Shown: positions 1 to 14,443, counted from the stretch's first letter. The stretch is DNA of 64,000 bases from Macrostomum lignano (GCA_002269645.1 NIVC01001916.1:1-64000); one strand, 5' to 3'. Notes: generated by a model not told the origin, from the sequence alone. Numbers and translations are program-made.

Positions 1-732
1 GCATCTCCTTAGTAAAGTAGGCATCTCTATTAGCCTGCAGCGCCATCACCCAGAGATCATCATTGACTCGTGATTCTCGGCTTGCAGCACGAACTCCTTG
101 CCCTCGGAGCTGCAATCAAATTGTTAAAACACAAAACACGTGATCTTCTAGTTTGTCTTGACAGTAAATTAAAAACCGAATACAAAAACGTTCCCTCATA
201 TCATTGTGAGCTATACTTAGATTGCAAGTGCGCAGTTAAACAAAAAGCTTACACAAAAATATAGCTAAGAGAGTTCCGATGTCACACTACAAGTGTGTGA
301 GACAGCAGATACTGTATAGCCGCCCATTGACACTGTCCAGGCTGAGTATGTATAATCTATGTAATTAGATTGAGTGCACCCGAACTTCCTCAACGTACTT
401 GGACAAGTAATCTAGTATTGACACATACCAACTGAACAACCGTGTATACTGTGTGCACAAGACTGACTTGATTTAGCATTTGCAAAATAGGGAACTTATT
501 GTGCAAAATAAATCACTTAGGCATTGCTACATACGGGCTACATATTGAGGTCAACTCAAGGTCACATACGCAATGCAGGTACTGTAGGCTTGCCCACCTG
601 ATCAATAGCTGCATATTGTACTCAATTTTCATCTCCCTCTACTCTTTCCTTTCCTCCTCTCTCTCTCTTCCACCTTATTCCTCAACCTGGAATTGCTTGT
701 GCATTCAGGTTGGAAAGAAAGGCGAGAAGTAA

Positions 733-972
733 AGAGAGAAGGAGAGGGGGGAGAAGGAGAGGGAGAGAAGGAGAGGGGGAGAAGGAGAGGGGAGAGAAGG
801 AGAGGGAGAGAAGTAGAAGGGAGAGAAGTAGAGGGGAGGGAAGTAGAGGGGAGAGAAGGAGAGGGGTGAGAAGGAGAGGGGAGAGAAGGAGAGGGGAGAG
901 AAGGAGAGGGGAGAGAAGGAGAGGGAGAGAAGGAGAGGGGAGGAAGGAGAGGGGAGAGAAGGAGAGGGTGAG
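733..972. repeat. Purine-rich (GAGAAGGAGAGGGGA-like ~15 bp) tandem repeat, intronic
   Basis: Directly visible degenerate GA-only array. Confidence 0.9.
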
Positions 973-1397
973 AAGTTCGATCAGTCAAAATCCGAATCCC
1001 GAATAAGGCAGCCAAGAGCAATAAAGATTAAGCTCTCAGTTTATCGCAAAAATCATTAATGAATTCTCATTGCTCAAAGCAACCGGTTACTCACAGAATG
1101 CCAAAGCTATTTGGCTCATCGACTCTTAGCGTTATGGCGGCTCCTTTGATGTTGATGCAGCCAAGAGGCTGGCTATCCCGCTGCAGGGCTCCCGCTGGTC
1201 CCTATAGAACTGAAGCCGGCAGCTCGACTCCTCGAATACATAGTAGTGAGCGCGCTTGGATTTGAACCGGCTGAAGGCTGAGAAACAGTTGAGTGACACT
1301 GTTATGCCGATATGCCGATATGTATCGAAGGACAGTTTTTTACTACTCTTATATGCTATTGTAACCTGACTATTGTAGCTTGTTTACTTAGCTTTTC

Positions 1398-1735
1398 TGC
1401 TCTACTCTACGCTACTCTATCCTACTTCACATTCCACTCTACTCTATTCTACTATACTCTATCCTGCTCTAATATATTCTAGTCTACTCTACCCTACTCT
1501 ACTCTACTCCACTCCACTCTACTCTACTCTACCCTACTCTATCCTACTCTACTCTACTTTACTCTACTCCATTCTACTCTATATCTATATCATGCTCTAA
1601 TCTATTCTAGTCTACTATACTCTATCCTACTCCACTCTATTCTACTCTAACCTACTCTACCCTACCCTACTCTACTCTATCTACTCTACTCTATCCTACT
1701 CCACTCTACTCTACTTTACTCTACCCTACTCTCAA
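1398..1735. repeat. (CTACT)n degenerate pentanucleotide microsatellite, intronic
   Basis: Directly visible. Confidence 0.9.
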
Positions 1736-2295
1736 TGCACAGTCAAATTAACAGATTTAGCAAAGCTGCACTCACGCCCAGTCGGCTTGCTGTACAACAA
1801 CCCGGACAGGCTGTGCCAGGGTCCCATGCTGTGATTTTGTGACGCCTAGTCTAAACTTTGATGTCAAGCAAAAAAAATTCGCAGAATCTCAAGCAATACT
1901 CCTCATACTAGTTATTAGCTTCTGTTATATGGCCAGTGGGGAGAAAGTGTGTCCATGACCGTTGTATTGTTCAGTCAAATTCACTTCAGTCTCATGCTTT
2001 TGTTGTGGGGGAGTTGCTGGGATCGCGGCTGCATGCAATTCTGGGGGTTGCGGGACAGGGAGGCAAAGGAAATGCGAGAGCGGCGAGGGAAGAGAGGGTG
2101 AGATCGGTAGGCCAGTGGTTGGTTGCTGGGCGCAGGGGGACAGACAGACAGAATGGAGAATGGAGATCTCGGTCGTACCTGCGGCCAGGGACTTCTAGGG
2201 TATGCAGCATCTGGATTGGAAATCGGCTGGCCGGACAAAAGGAACGAAATCAGAGACATTGAGCTGTGATAAGTTTAAGTTAACACTAAATATTC

Positions 2296-2641
2296 CCCTA
2301 GTGTTAAAGCCCCTACAGTTAAAGCCCCTGGTGTTAAAGCCCCTGATGCTAAAGCCCCTGGTGCTAAAGCCCCTGATGCTAAAGCCCCTGATGCTAAAGC
2401 CCCTAGTGCTAAAGCCCCAGGTGCTAAAGCCCCAGGTGCTAAAGCCCCTGATGCTAAAGCCCCAGATGCTAAAGCCCCTAGTGCTAAAGCCCCAGGTGCT
2501 AAAGCCCCTGATGCTAAAGCCCCTGATGCTAAAGCCCCTAGTGCTAAAGCCCCAGGTGCTAAAGCCCCTGATGCTAAAGCCCCTGATGCTAAAGCCCTAG
2601 TGCTAAAGCCCCAGGTGCTAAAGCCCCTGGTGCTAAAGCCT
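2296..2641. repeat. 15-bp minisatellite (RTGCTAAAGCCCCTG), ~22 copies
   Basis: Direct; explains the VLKPL/MLKPL ORF 2202-2600. Confidence 0.95.
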
Positions 2642-3124
2642 GACGATTAGAAAGTCAAAGGGCCACTATACTCCTTTTGTGAGCGTGTGTATGAGTGCGT
2701 ACCTGCTTGCAGCATTGCACTCCAGATATCCTAGTTCTAGAACTCCATGGGCGCATATTAGTTGGGTAAAGGCGAGACTCAGAAACCTGGGGAAGTGGGA
2801 GTAGAAGAGGAGAGAAATCCTGGCTTATTTGGTTATAGCCCGTACAATGCAGTGTGCGTCAGCTTGCATTATGCAAGTGTCTGACATGCATCAGGTCTTC
2901 CATTGTGTTTTAGTGCTGGCTTCAATGCTCTGCTGTGAATCTTTTCCTCTACCTGGTTCATATATGCAATATGCTTATATTTTTTGTTGTGTTGTGCAAT
3001 CAACAAGCTCACAGTGTTGTACGAGCGTAGGATTATTATTTTGCACTTTTAGGACCACTTAACGGACACTTTGGATTGAAAACTAAGAGGTTGGGTAAAG
3101 GAAGACAGAGATTACTTAACAGTT

Positions 3125-3447
3125 AGAGTAGGAGAGGGAGAGGGAGATAGAGAGGGGGATGGGAGAGGAAGAGAGAGAGGGAGAGGCAGAGAGAGAGGGA
3201 GAGAGAGAGGGAGAGGGAGAGGGAGAGGGAGAGGGAGAGGAAGAGGGAGAGGGAGAGGAAGAGGGAGAGGGAGAGGGAGAGGGTGAAGGAGAGGGTGAGG
3301 GAGAGAGAGGGAGAGGGAGAGGAAGAGGAAGAGGGAGAGGGAGAGGGAGAGGGTGAGGGTGAGGGAGAGGGTGAGGGAGAGAGAGGGAGAGGGAGAGGGA
3401 GAGGGAGAGGGAGAGGGAGAGGGAGACGGTGAGGGAGAGGGAGAGGA
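3125..3447. repeat. (GAGGGA)n purine-rich low-complexity tract
   Basis: Direct. Confidence 0.9.
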
Positions 3448-4004
3448 AAAGACGTACAGCAAATGGCAGGGTAAACTGTAAAAAAATACTATGATCCAGT
3501 AATAAAAGCTATTTGAGTTCAAGGTGAAGTGCTCAGCCAGTTTCAGCCGACCCGCCGTGTCCTGAGCAGACAAACACGCTCTGGCGTCCCTCCACATGCA
3601 GTCGAAAATCCTGTCAATTTAATCAGCGCCTCGTTTGCAAGTCCAAAAATAGCAATTAGGCAATCAAAAATGAGAAAGCTTCGACACCCACTCAAGCGCT
3701 GAGACAAATGACTCAGCGAGTGACGCGCCTAATCTCTTATCGTCTCTCTGGTCTCTAATTAGAAAAAGGCTGTTTTACTTGACAGCAAATTTTAAGGCCA
3801 TGACAGACTAACAGACTTACTGGCGCTGTTTTAGAATTTTGTCTTAACAGTATATAATGAGGGTTGTAACACCTGCAGTTTACCTGTGGTTTACTTCTTT
3901 TGCATCGAGAAGTCTTTGTTATTAAGGTGAGTCTTACTGTTAATCCATGAGATTAAATATTGAAGCAAACTCACATTTAGTCATCGAATCATTTATATAG
4001 CTTA

Positions 4005-4680
4005 TAGCGCCATTCTACGCGTAGCTTGTGGCGCCATTCTTTACGCGTAGCTTGTGGCGCCATTCTTTACGCGTAGCTTGTGGCGCCATTCTTTACGCGT
4101 AGCTTGTGGCGCCATTCTACACGTAGCTTTTGGCACCATTCTACACGTAGCTTTTGGCACCATTCTACACCGAAGCTTGTGGCGCCATTCTACACGTAGC
4201 TTGTGGCGCCATTCTACGCGTAGCTTGTGGCGCCATTCTACACGTAGCTTTTGGCACCATTCTACACCGAAGCTTGTGGCGCCATTCTACACGTAGCTTT
4301 TGGCGCCATTCTACACCGAAGCTTGTGGCGCCATTCTACACCGAAGCTTGTGGCGCCAATTTACACCGAAGCTTGTGGCGCCAATTTACGCGTAGCTTGT
4401 GGTTAATTTCTACACGTAACTTTTGGCGCCATTCTACGTGTAGCTTGTGGCGCCATTCTACACCGAAGCTTTTGGCGCTATTCTACGCGTAGTTTGTGGC
4501 GCCATTCTACGCGTAGCTTGTGGCGTCATTCTACACCGAAGCTTGTGGCGCCATTCTACGCGTAGCTTGTGGCGCAATTCTACGTGTAGCTTGTGGCGCC
4601 TTTCTACACGTAGTTTGTGTCAAAATTCTACTCGTAGCTTGTGGCGCCAATGTGCCACCAACTTTGGCGCCAACTCTACC
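4005..4680. repeat. ~24-bp minisatellite (CGTAGCTTGTGGCGCCATTCTACA), ~27 copies
   Basis: Direct; variant units of 24-26 bp. Confidence 0.95.
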
Positions 4681-5620
4681 TGAAATCTTGACGCTTGTCA
4701 AGATTTTTAAGCTGGAAATCCATGGTCAGTAAATTTTATTGTAGTGCTTGTAATAAAAAGCCTCGCTACTCTACTAAGAGTAGCGGGCCAGAGAATATTT
4801 TAACTATTTTTTGTATTTTTTGGTAAAACCTTGGCCATAGAAGACAATGATTTGTACTTTTTAAATATTTACGAGTATTTTTAAAGTTAAGTAGTTTTTG
4901 TCAATAATTGGATGGGAGAATTCTCTGAGGACGCAGACACAGAGAGGGAGCGAAAGGACTTAGCTTATCAATAAAATTACGTCAAACAGTCGGAATGAAC
5001 CGATCGACCAAGTCATTGCGCACCGTCGGAGCTGCCGCATCCTTGCCTCCACTATTGGCTTCCTTAACTCTGCTTCTGCTTCTGGCTAGTTTGCCCTCGA
5101 CAATGGTTGCCATGCCAACAGCTGCTTCAAACGGCTCAAGGATCAACAGCAGCGCCAGCGGGAGGTCGCAGTACTCAGCTAGCGGAGTCGCCTCGTTCAG
5201 CTCGTCCAACCACCTTCAGGCTGAGTTCATCATGATCTACGAGAACTGACTCTATTTTTTGCTTTTTTCCAATATATCAACACCATGTGCTACTGCTGCT
5301 ACTTACAATATCATTATCAGTATTTGCTATACCGACTGACATTGTTTCCGGCTTTATCGCACATTGTTGGTAAAACAAACTATGTACAAACAACAGCCCC
5401 AATTCTGGGTGGTCTGTGTGTTTCTGAGAATTTCTTTAAAAAAACTGCTTCTTCCGCTAATTTTTTTAAATTATGATATTAAAATAAAAACTTTATACCG
5501 GTTTAACACAAGGCAATGAACTCTGTGACATCAACACAATGATACTATAGTTGACTTTGAGATTTTGGTTATTTAACTGTCTGTTTTTTGGTTTCAAACG
5601 TGCTCAACCCCAGAGGCACT

Positions 5621-6075
5621 GGACCCACCAAAATGTCAAATATACCATTGGACCCACCAAAATGTCAAATATACCATTGGACCCACCAAAATGTCAAATA
5701 TACCATTGGACCCACCAAAATGTCAAATATACCATTGGACCCACCAAAATGTCAAATATACCATTGGACCCACGAAAATGTCAAATATACCATAGACCTA
5801 CCACAGTGTCGAATATACCATAGACCTACCACAATGTCAAATATACTATAGACCTACCACAATGTCAAATATACCATAGACCTACCACAGTGTCGAATAT
5901 ACCATAGACCTACCACAGTGTCAAATATACCATAGACCTACCACAGTGTCAAATATACTATAGACCTACCACAATGTCAAATATACCATAGACCTACCAC
6001 AGTGTCAAATATACCATTGGACCTACCACAATGTCAAATATACCATTGGACCTACCACAATGTCAAATATACCAT
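5621..6075. repeat. 29-bp minisatellite (GGACCCACCAAAATGTCAAATATACCATT), ~15 copies
   Basis: Period 29 measured (5621 to 5650). Confidence 0.95.
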
Positions 6076-7764
6076 CGCTCACCTACCAAAAATGAAAATG
6101 TACCATAGAGAGATAACTGAAGCATCGACTTTAGGAACTTTAAAATGATTTTTATTTCAATGAGCCGCCTAAAAAGATTAAATTTTTTCACCAACCAATC
6201 TACAATTTCAGTTGCTCGCGGGCCAAAGAAACTCTGCAACATTTCGTTAGCTGCAAAATGGCAGTCGTTCAATCCTCGCCATTCGCAGGCCTGCTTCGTT
6301 CAGCCGTCTGGTTGGTCATTGTCTGGCCAATGCTGTCAGCTCTGCAGTTGGCGATTCGGCTCATAAAATTCGGATCATCGCGTACTGAGGAACAGAAGAC
6401 AGTCAGTTGCCAACCGAACGACTCAGCCACTCATTGCTGGGCTGATGAAGCTGAGCAGGAAGCGGTGAAGCTGAGAGTCAAGGCTGGTAGACGATGTCGC
6501 GATGTCAGCAATGCTGTCAATTCTGCTGCTGCTCATGCAGTGCTGATGTCGGAGGCTGATTAAAAAATCTGTTATGAGGTCTGTTTATTTGCTGTAAAAT
6601 GCGTTGACCAGTGCATTTGGTTCTTCACTGCTTGTCGGTGATGGTCCTTAGAAGCCAGAAGCTTCAAGCACGAGCCACGAGTTTGTTTTAAATAACAATT
6701 ACCAAGAACGCTGCATTATACATTCTGTTGTAATCGAACTTTTCCAGTTTTTTCTTGTATTTCGACTCCATTTGTTATAATTTGTTTGTTGTTGTTTAAT
6801 TACTGACAATGTCCAACAGTTTTGGAGCTGTACACCCAAATAAAACTAAACACAAAAATTCATACAGGTGAATTAAAAAATCACGCAGGCGTAAACTTAG
6901 ATATAAAAATATTTGTTTATTACCCCTCCAAAACCGGCAGCGACGTGAGAGCGTTTTTGTACTTTTAATCCAAGCTTTATTCATTTGCTTCAAGTCGCTA
7001 AAGAATGACAAAATAAAAGGTCAGACACGCTTTTTCGACAAAACTTTAGTAAGAGAATAAAAATCTTAGAGTATAAAAAGTTAAAAACTAAATAGATGAT
7101 TCAAACTGGCGCCAAAAATCTAGGATGTGTTCAAACAAAAGCATAATATTCTACGTCACTACTAGTAGTGGCCTATAAGTCGAACGAAGAAAAACTATCG
7201 TAAGATTTTGGCGCTAATTTGAAAGTGAGGAACAGGGCAACAAGTTTTTTGTAGTGCTCTGGTTGTGAAAAAAATACGGTAACAATTCAAATGCAACGGA
7301 AATGGTTTAAAATACCTGCTAAATATGGCAAACCAAATGAAAACGAGAAATATAAAACATCACGTAACAGCTCTCTTAGAAAAAAGTGAACCGACTTTCA
7401 ACTAACAGTCAATCATCATTAACGTATGAAAAGTCACTTCAGATAAACAAAATGCATAAAACTTACCAGAGAAAGAAATGAACGGAAATAATTTAAGATA
7501 GAAAAACGTCTTCGAAATACAAATATTGCATTGACAAAAGACACAGAAGATTTCTATAAAAGTAAACTTGTTAAAAAGCAGCAATTCATTGCATGCACAA
7601 TGTTCATCAGCTATGCTTAAATTGTCGACAGTTGCATTTGATTACCCAATAACAACAGGATATGTCGTAGAGAGCCTTAAAACATTTGTAGAGACGTGCG
7701 ATTGTTAGTCTTTAGCTACTGTATATGTACTTTTAGTTGCGTTTTGTAGGTTTAGGCTGACAGG

Positions 7765-10733
7765 CTACTCGTAGGCGCTGCTTCGAGTTCTTGGCGAATC
7801 CCCGACGTCTCGGTGCCGCCTGCAGCAGCGGCTGTTGCAGGTCCACACGGGCAGCTTCACCCGGCACTGCTGCTCACCAGCAGCGCCATTGAGTTCGGTG
7901 AAAATACCACCAGTAGGCGACGATTTCAGTTTTGCTCGACGTTGCTCGAACGCCTCAGCGACAGCGTTGTCTAAGCGATTGGAATTGTTTTTTGGCTGAT
8001 GATGATCTTGCTGCTGTTGTTGTTGCTTTTTCGTTTGCTGCTGCTTCTGCAAGCTCTCCACATTGGTTATCGTGGCACGCCGAGTTGACGTGTGACCTGC
8101 CGCAGACACGGCCGCGAACAGAGCGGTCGATGGCGCGGCCACTGCTGGCACTGACGGGGCTGAAGGTCGCGCATCCGCTGTAGGGGCGCTGGATATCTCT
8201 GACAATGGCCGGCACTGCTGCTTCTGTTGCTGCTGTTGCTGCTGCTGCTGCTGCTGATTGTTAGATTTAGTGTAGAAACGGTACTATGTTTCTAAGAAAT
8301 GTTAGTTTTTAAATATGCGCGGAAATTTAAATTTTTGTTTTACTGTACGAAATAGTTTTAATGCTCTATTTTTGTTTTAAATACACCCGAAAATTTTACT
8401 ATAAGTTAGAAGAGAGAAAGCAACCTGTTCCTACATAAATCTCAAGCTTAAACATTGAACTTGTTCACTAAATTCATTCTCAGATTACTAAGTGTTGGTC
8501 ATTTTACAGTAGGAGATCCTAAGAAGTGTTCAGAGAAACTCACTGAGGTGAAGGAGTTGGGAGATATCCAAAGAGATACGAAAAGTTGCGCCGTGACTCT
8601 CTGGTCCCGGTAAAGCCCGGATTGGAAAAGTACATATACCAGTAAGACCGCTCAGGCCAGAAGTACAGAGACGCTACCAGACTTATACAGAGACGCTACC
8701 AGACTTATACAGAGACGCTACCAGACTTATACAGAGACGAACCAGACTTATACAGAGACGCTACCAGACTTATACAGAGACGCTAACAGACTTATACAGA
8801 GACGCTACCAGACCAGACTTATGCCGAAGACACTACCAAAATCATACTAAGATCGGTAGGATTTCTAAAAACGAGAGAAGAATCCCCTGGCTCAACTTGG
8901 GTTGCAGTAGTGGAATAAGTTCTAGAAGACAGAAGTATCACCCCTGTTACAGTAGCAACGTGGTCCTTGGTCAATACTGAGCTGGTTGGTTGCATCGGTA
9001 CCCGGCTTGTTGCTATGACCTGATGCTGTCGCTTTTGCTGCATGTTTTTCTCTTGTCGTTGCTGTTTTGGTTGCATTTGTTGCTGCTGCTGCTGATGCAA
9101 CTGGATCTGCTGCTGCCGTTGCAGAATGTTTTGCTGCTGCAAGTTTTGATAATGCCGCTGCTGCTGCCTGCTCTGGTACTCATAGCTGAACCTACTGATC
9201 GCGGACTCGGCGCTGGCCAGACGAGTTTCAATTTCAAGAATTCGAGCAACTGCCGAGCCCGCCTGATTCTCGGCGGCCGTCTGACGGGACTTCAAGGTTT
9301 GCAGCTCCGAGATGAGCAGAGTGAGCAGGTGGGTGAGATCTCCAGTGAGGCGAGCTTCTGCGGCGGCTGTTGCCGCCGCTGCCTGATGCTGGTTCTGCGG
9401 CGGCTGAGATGTCATCGAAGGTTTCACGTGTTTCTCAGCCTTCTTCTCCCGTAGCCGAGCAGAGGAAGAATCGGAGTGGCGACTGCTGGCTCGATTGCGG
9501 CTGAGGAAGGTTGTGTTGATTAGCTGTCTGACTTATTTATATTCTATAACAATAAACAAACACTCACGGAGGGCTGATAGCACCCAGCCTTCTCAATGAG
9601 CACCATATACTCAGCAACAGTCAAAAGTTCCACCCTTCCAAGCGAGATGAAAATTTTCTCACTTATTGCGACAACTTCTCGCTCACAATTCAACCCTCCA
9701 GTTACGCAACTAAGCCACCGCGAGGAAGGGAAATTTGATTTAATCAATAATAAACGTCATTCGCACAAAATCATAACAGTTTTCTATGCAATAATCAGTT
9801 AGAATCGCCATGCTTAAAAACGCATGTGGGACCCCCCTCGCACGCAGAAGTGCGGCGTACGCATGACGCAGCTTCGCAACATTCTGTGGTGGATTCTCTT
9901 TTAGAACACAGCGTTTTAGGAAGTCCCAGACATGCTCGATGGGATCATGTCTGGGGACCGGGAAGGCCAGCGCAGAGTTCGCAGCTGTGGCTGCTCTTTC
10001 AGTTGACTAACAGCATCGGCTTGGTGTGGCGGCGCGTTGTCATCTTCGACCTTGAAGCAGACCCAAGCCACCCCCAGGTGGCAATAAGCTCTGCGCGTGC
10101 GTAGTAAGTTGCGTCTTACTTGGCGGTTGTCCCTCAAGGCTGTGAATCGGACGACAGCCTTAATTCATTCAAATTGTCGTTCAGATTCGAACCAGGGACC
10201 GTAGCGCGAGAGTCGGACGCGTTCACCGCCATCGCATCGCCTCTCTGCCTATACGTACACCAAGAAGCGCTTCAATCAACTCAAAAGCAGCTGGAATCTG
10301 CTTTTAAAAGTATGAAACTTTTCCAGGAAGCATCCCGGATGCTCAAGTCTCTCACTAACCTGCAGCTCGGTCTTTTCTCTTCCTCCCTCTGCTGCCGACG
10401 CCGCTGCCTTCGCCACCGATGCCGCCAACGTCTGTAGCTGTGCGATTCTCTTTTGTCTGCCGCATCCCGCTGCTCAAACTCTTCACTGTCGCTCATAAAC
10501 AGCCGATCGTCGGTGCAGCTGTCGCAGGTGTCGGCGTGGCTCTCGGCCGCCGCCACTGCCGCTGCTGCCTCTTGATTGTCTCTCCTCAGTCCGAGACCGT
10601 CTCCGCCAGCCCGGGCAGTCGTGATGTGCAGCATGCCGTCACTGGTGGCGCTGTCGATGCAGCACGGCAGTAGGAACCTGCGGCAACCGCGTGTTTTGCT
10701 CGGCTTGACTATACAACCGATTAACTGGCGCAT
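7765..10733 (-). CDS. Hypothetical Q-rich, coiled-coil protein, putative 3 exons
   Basis: Exons 10733-10360 (donor AG|GTTAGT, phase 2), 9500-9020 (acceptor CTAAT...CCTTCCTCAG, phase 2; weak donor GTCATA, phase 0) and 8253-7765 (acceptor CTAACAATCAG, phase 0, starts in poly-Q). Heptad-like LTHLLTLLISELQTLKSRQ...RILEIETRLASAE. No family recognised; the ends are uncertain. Confidence 0.4.
8668..8815. repeat. 22-bp minisatellite (AGAGACGCTACCAGACTTATAC), ~6.5 copies
   Basis: Direct. Confidence 0.9.
9790..10090 (-). mobile_element. Degenerate Tc1-family (DD34E) transposase 3' fragment
   Basis: Minus strand reads EDDNAPPHQADAVSQLKEQPQLRTLRWPSRSPDMIP, then after a 1-nt frameshift IEHVWDFLKRCVLKENPPQNVAKL. 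This matches the Tc1 consensus QDNAPxH...WPxxSPDLNPIEHxW, with exactly 34 residues between the second D and E. Confidence 0.75.
10150..10250 (-). mobile_element. tRNA-derived SINE head fragment
   Basis: Minus strand GCGTCCGACTCTCGCGCTACGGTCCCTGGTTCGAATC: B-box GGTTCGAATC at 10193-10184; similar to 17431-17485. Confidence 0.5.
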
Positions 10734-11027
10734 GCACGAGTAAGCACGTCATAACTCGTTTTTTAAGCATAGATTTTGTCAGCCAATGTTGATGAGGCAA
10801 GATAAGCGAGCTGTCTGTGGTCCAAGTTTCGAACTTATCAGCGCATGATCGACCTGACTGGATTAGTCATCTGCTATGTACACTGGGAGATGCAAATCTT
10901 TTTAGGATCTGTCCCGGAAGGATATTTTACATACGGGCGCATTTATTAACATCTCTGTTGGCGAAAAGATATTTGTGCGCTTGTTTAGCATACTATTTAG
11001 TATGATGGTTTGAGCTTGGAAGGTTCT

Positions 11028-12500
11028 GGGCTTGTGACATTTGAAGCTTGTGACATTTTGAGCTTGTGACATTTGGAGCTTGTGATCCATTTGGAGCTTG
11101 TGATCCATTTGGAGCTTGTGACATTTGTAGCTTGCGACATTTGTAGCTTGTGATCCATTTGGAGCTTGTGACATTTGTAGCTTGCGACATTTGTAGCTTG
11201 TGACATTTGTAGCTTGTGACATTTGGGGCTTGTGACATTTGAAGCTTGTGACATTTTGAGCTTGTGATATTTGGAGCTTGTGACATTTGGAGCTTGTGAC
11301 ATTTGTAGCTTGTGACATTTGGGGCTTGTGACATTTGGAGCCTGTGACATTTGGAGCTTGTGATCCATTTGGAGCTTGTGACATTTGGAGCTTGTGACAT
11401 TTGGAGCTTGTGATCCATTTGGAGCTTGTGACATTTGGAGCTTGTGACATTTGGAGCTTGTGACATTTGGAGCTTGTGACATTTGGAGCCTGTGACATTT
11501 GGAGCTTGTGACATTTGGAGCTTGTGACATTTGGAGCTTGTGACATTTGGAGCTTGTGACATTTGGAGCTTGTGATACTTGGAGCTTGTGACATTTGGAG
11601 TCTGTGACATTTGGAGCTTGTGACATTTGGAGCTTGTGACATTTGAAGCTTGTGACATTTGGAGCTTGTGACATTTGAAGCTTGTGACATTTGGAGCTTG
11701 TGACATTTGGAGCTTGTGACATTTGGAGCTTGTGACATTTGGAGCTTGTGACATTTGGAGCTTGTGACATTTGTAGCTTGTGACATTTGTGGCTTGTGAC
11801 ATTTGGAGCCAGTGACATTTGGAGCTTGTGACATTTGGAGCTTGTGACATTTGGAGCCAGTGACATTTGGAGCTTGTGACATTTGGAGCTTGTGACATTT
11901 GGAGCTTGTGACATTTGGAGCTTGTGACATTTGGAGCTTGTGACATTTGGAGCTTGTGACATTTGTAGCTTGTGACATTTGTGGCTTGTGACATTTGGAG
12001 CCAGTGACATTTGGAGCTTGTGACATTTGGAGCTTGTGACATTTGGAGCCAGTGACATTTGGAGCTTGTGACATTTGGAGCTTGTGACATTTGGAGCTTG
12101 TGACATTTGGAGCTTGTGACATTTGGAGCTTGTGACATTTGGAGCTTGTGACATTTGGAGCTTGTGACATTTGGAGCTTGTGACATTTGTAGCTTGTGAC
12201 ATTTGGAGCTTGTGACATTTGGAGCCTGTGACATTTGGAGCTTGTGACATTGAAGCTTGTGACATTTGGAGCTTGTGATACTTGGAGCTTGTGACATTTG
12301 GAGTCTGTGACATTTGGAGCTTGTGACATTTGGAGCTTGTGACATTTGGAGCTTGTGACATTTGGAGCTTGTGACATTTGGAGCTTGTGACATTTGGAGC
12401 TTGTGACATTTGGAGCTTGTGACATTTGGAGCTTATGATATTTGGAGCTTGTGACATTTGGAGCTTGTGACATTTTTAGCTTGCGACGTTCTGAGCCTGT
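11028..12500. repeat. 16-bp satellite (CATTTGGAGCTTGTGA), ~90 copies
   Basis: Direct; explains the three MSQAPNVTSSKCHKLQ ORFs (16 aa = 3 units). Confidence 0.97.
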
Positions 12501-12737
12501 AACGCTCTGAGATTGTGACGTTTTGACTTTACAACTTCAAAATTGGTCTGAGTATTTGGTTCTGAGCGATATTTCACCTTAATATACGAGTGATAGTAAT
12601 TTAGTGTACCCAAAGATATATGACATCGTTGACCAATTATTTAACCACAAACAGTTCCTAACCACAAATTTTTATATTTTTCGCAACATTAAAACAAAAC
12701 ATGAAAATTCATCTGCGGATTAAGCATTTGTAACTAT

Positions 12738-14292
<1,555 letters not shown>

Positions 14293-14443
14293 GACTCCGA
14301 GTTATAGCGGTTTTGTTCTTGTGTACTCAACCTCCTGTTTGTCTTGGTTTTTATATGTATTTACATGCCTTGCAGAGCTGGGAACAATTGCGATGCTAAG
14401 TAGGTTTTACCATAGACAGATTTTTGTTCGTCACCCGAGCCGA

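Larger units (their letters stand above)
1..2259 (-). pseudogene. PH-domain protein gene (TBC1D2-type PH domain), 5' part, two apparent frameshifts; continues beyond the left edge
   Basis: Exons 2259-2179 (tentative), 1845-1776, 1277-1095 and 109-<1, all GT-AG and phase-matched (0,1,2). Joined peptide SLSGLLYSKPTGPFSRFKSKRAHYYVFEESSCRLQFYRDQRE/ALQRDSQPLGCINIKGAAITLRVDEPNSFGILSEGKEFVLQAENHESMMI/WVMALQANRDAY fits the PH fold (b1 LsGxL, b2 YYVF, PLGxI, terminal helix W). It needs a 1-nt gain near 1189 and a 2-nt loss near 54. Could be an assembly error rather than a true pseudogene. Confidence 0.7.

Noticed and set aside
3480-3597. QDTAG resembling the small-GTPase WDTAG motif
   Set aside because: No other G-box motifs nearby; the ORF runs into a GA repeat.
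4982-6563. Small ORFs 4995-5249 (+, signal-peptide-like), 4982-5209 (-) and 6258-6563 (+)
   Set aside because: The composition looks coding, but strand and frame are ambiguous, there is no recognisable motif and I could not build consistent splicing. They may be unplaced exons.
9916-10090. Candidate terminal exon for the Q-rich gene (phase-compatible with the donor at 10360)
   Set aside because: Better explained as a frameshifted Tc1 transposase relic; the acceptor at 9500 has a much better branch point and pyrimidine tract.
10902-12473. Three 466-523 aa ORFs (MSQAPNVTSSKCHKLQ repeats)
   Set aside because: All three frames of a stop-free 16-bp satellite; not a protein.
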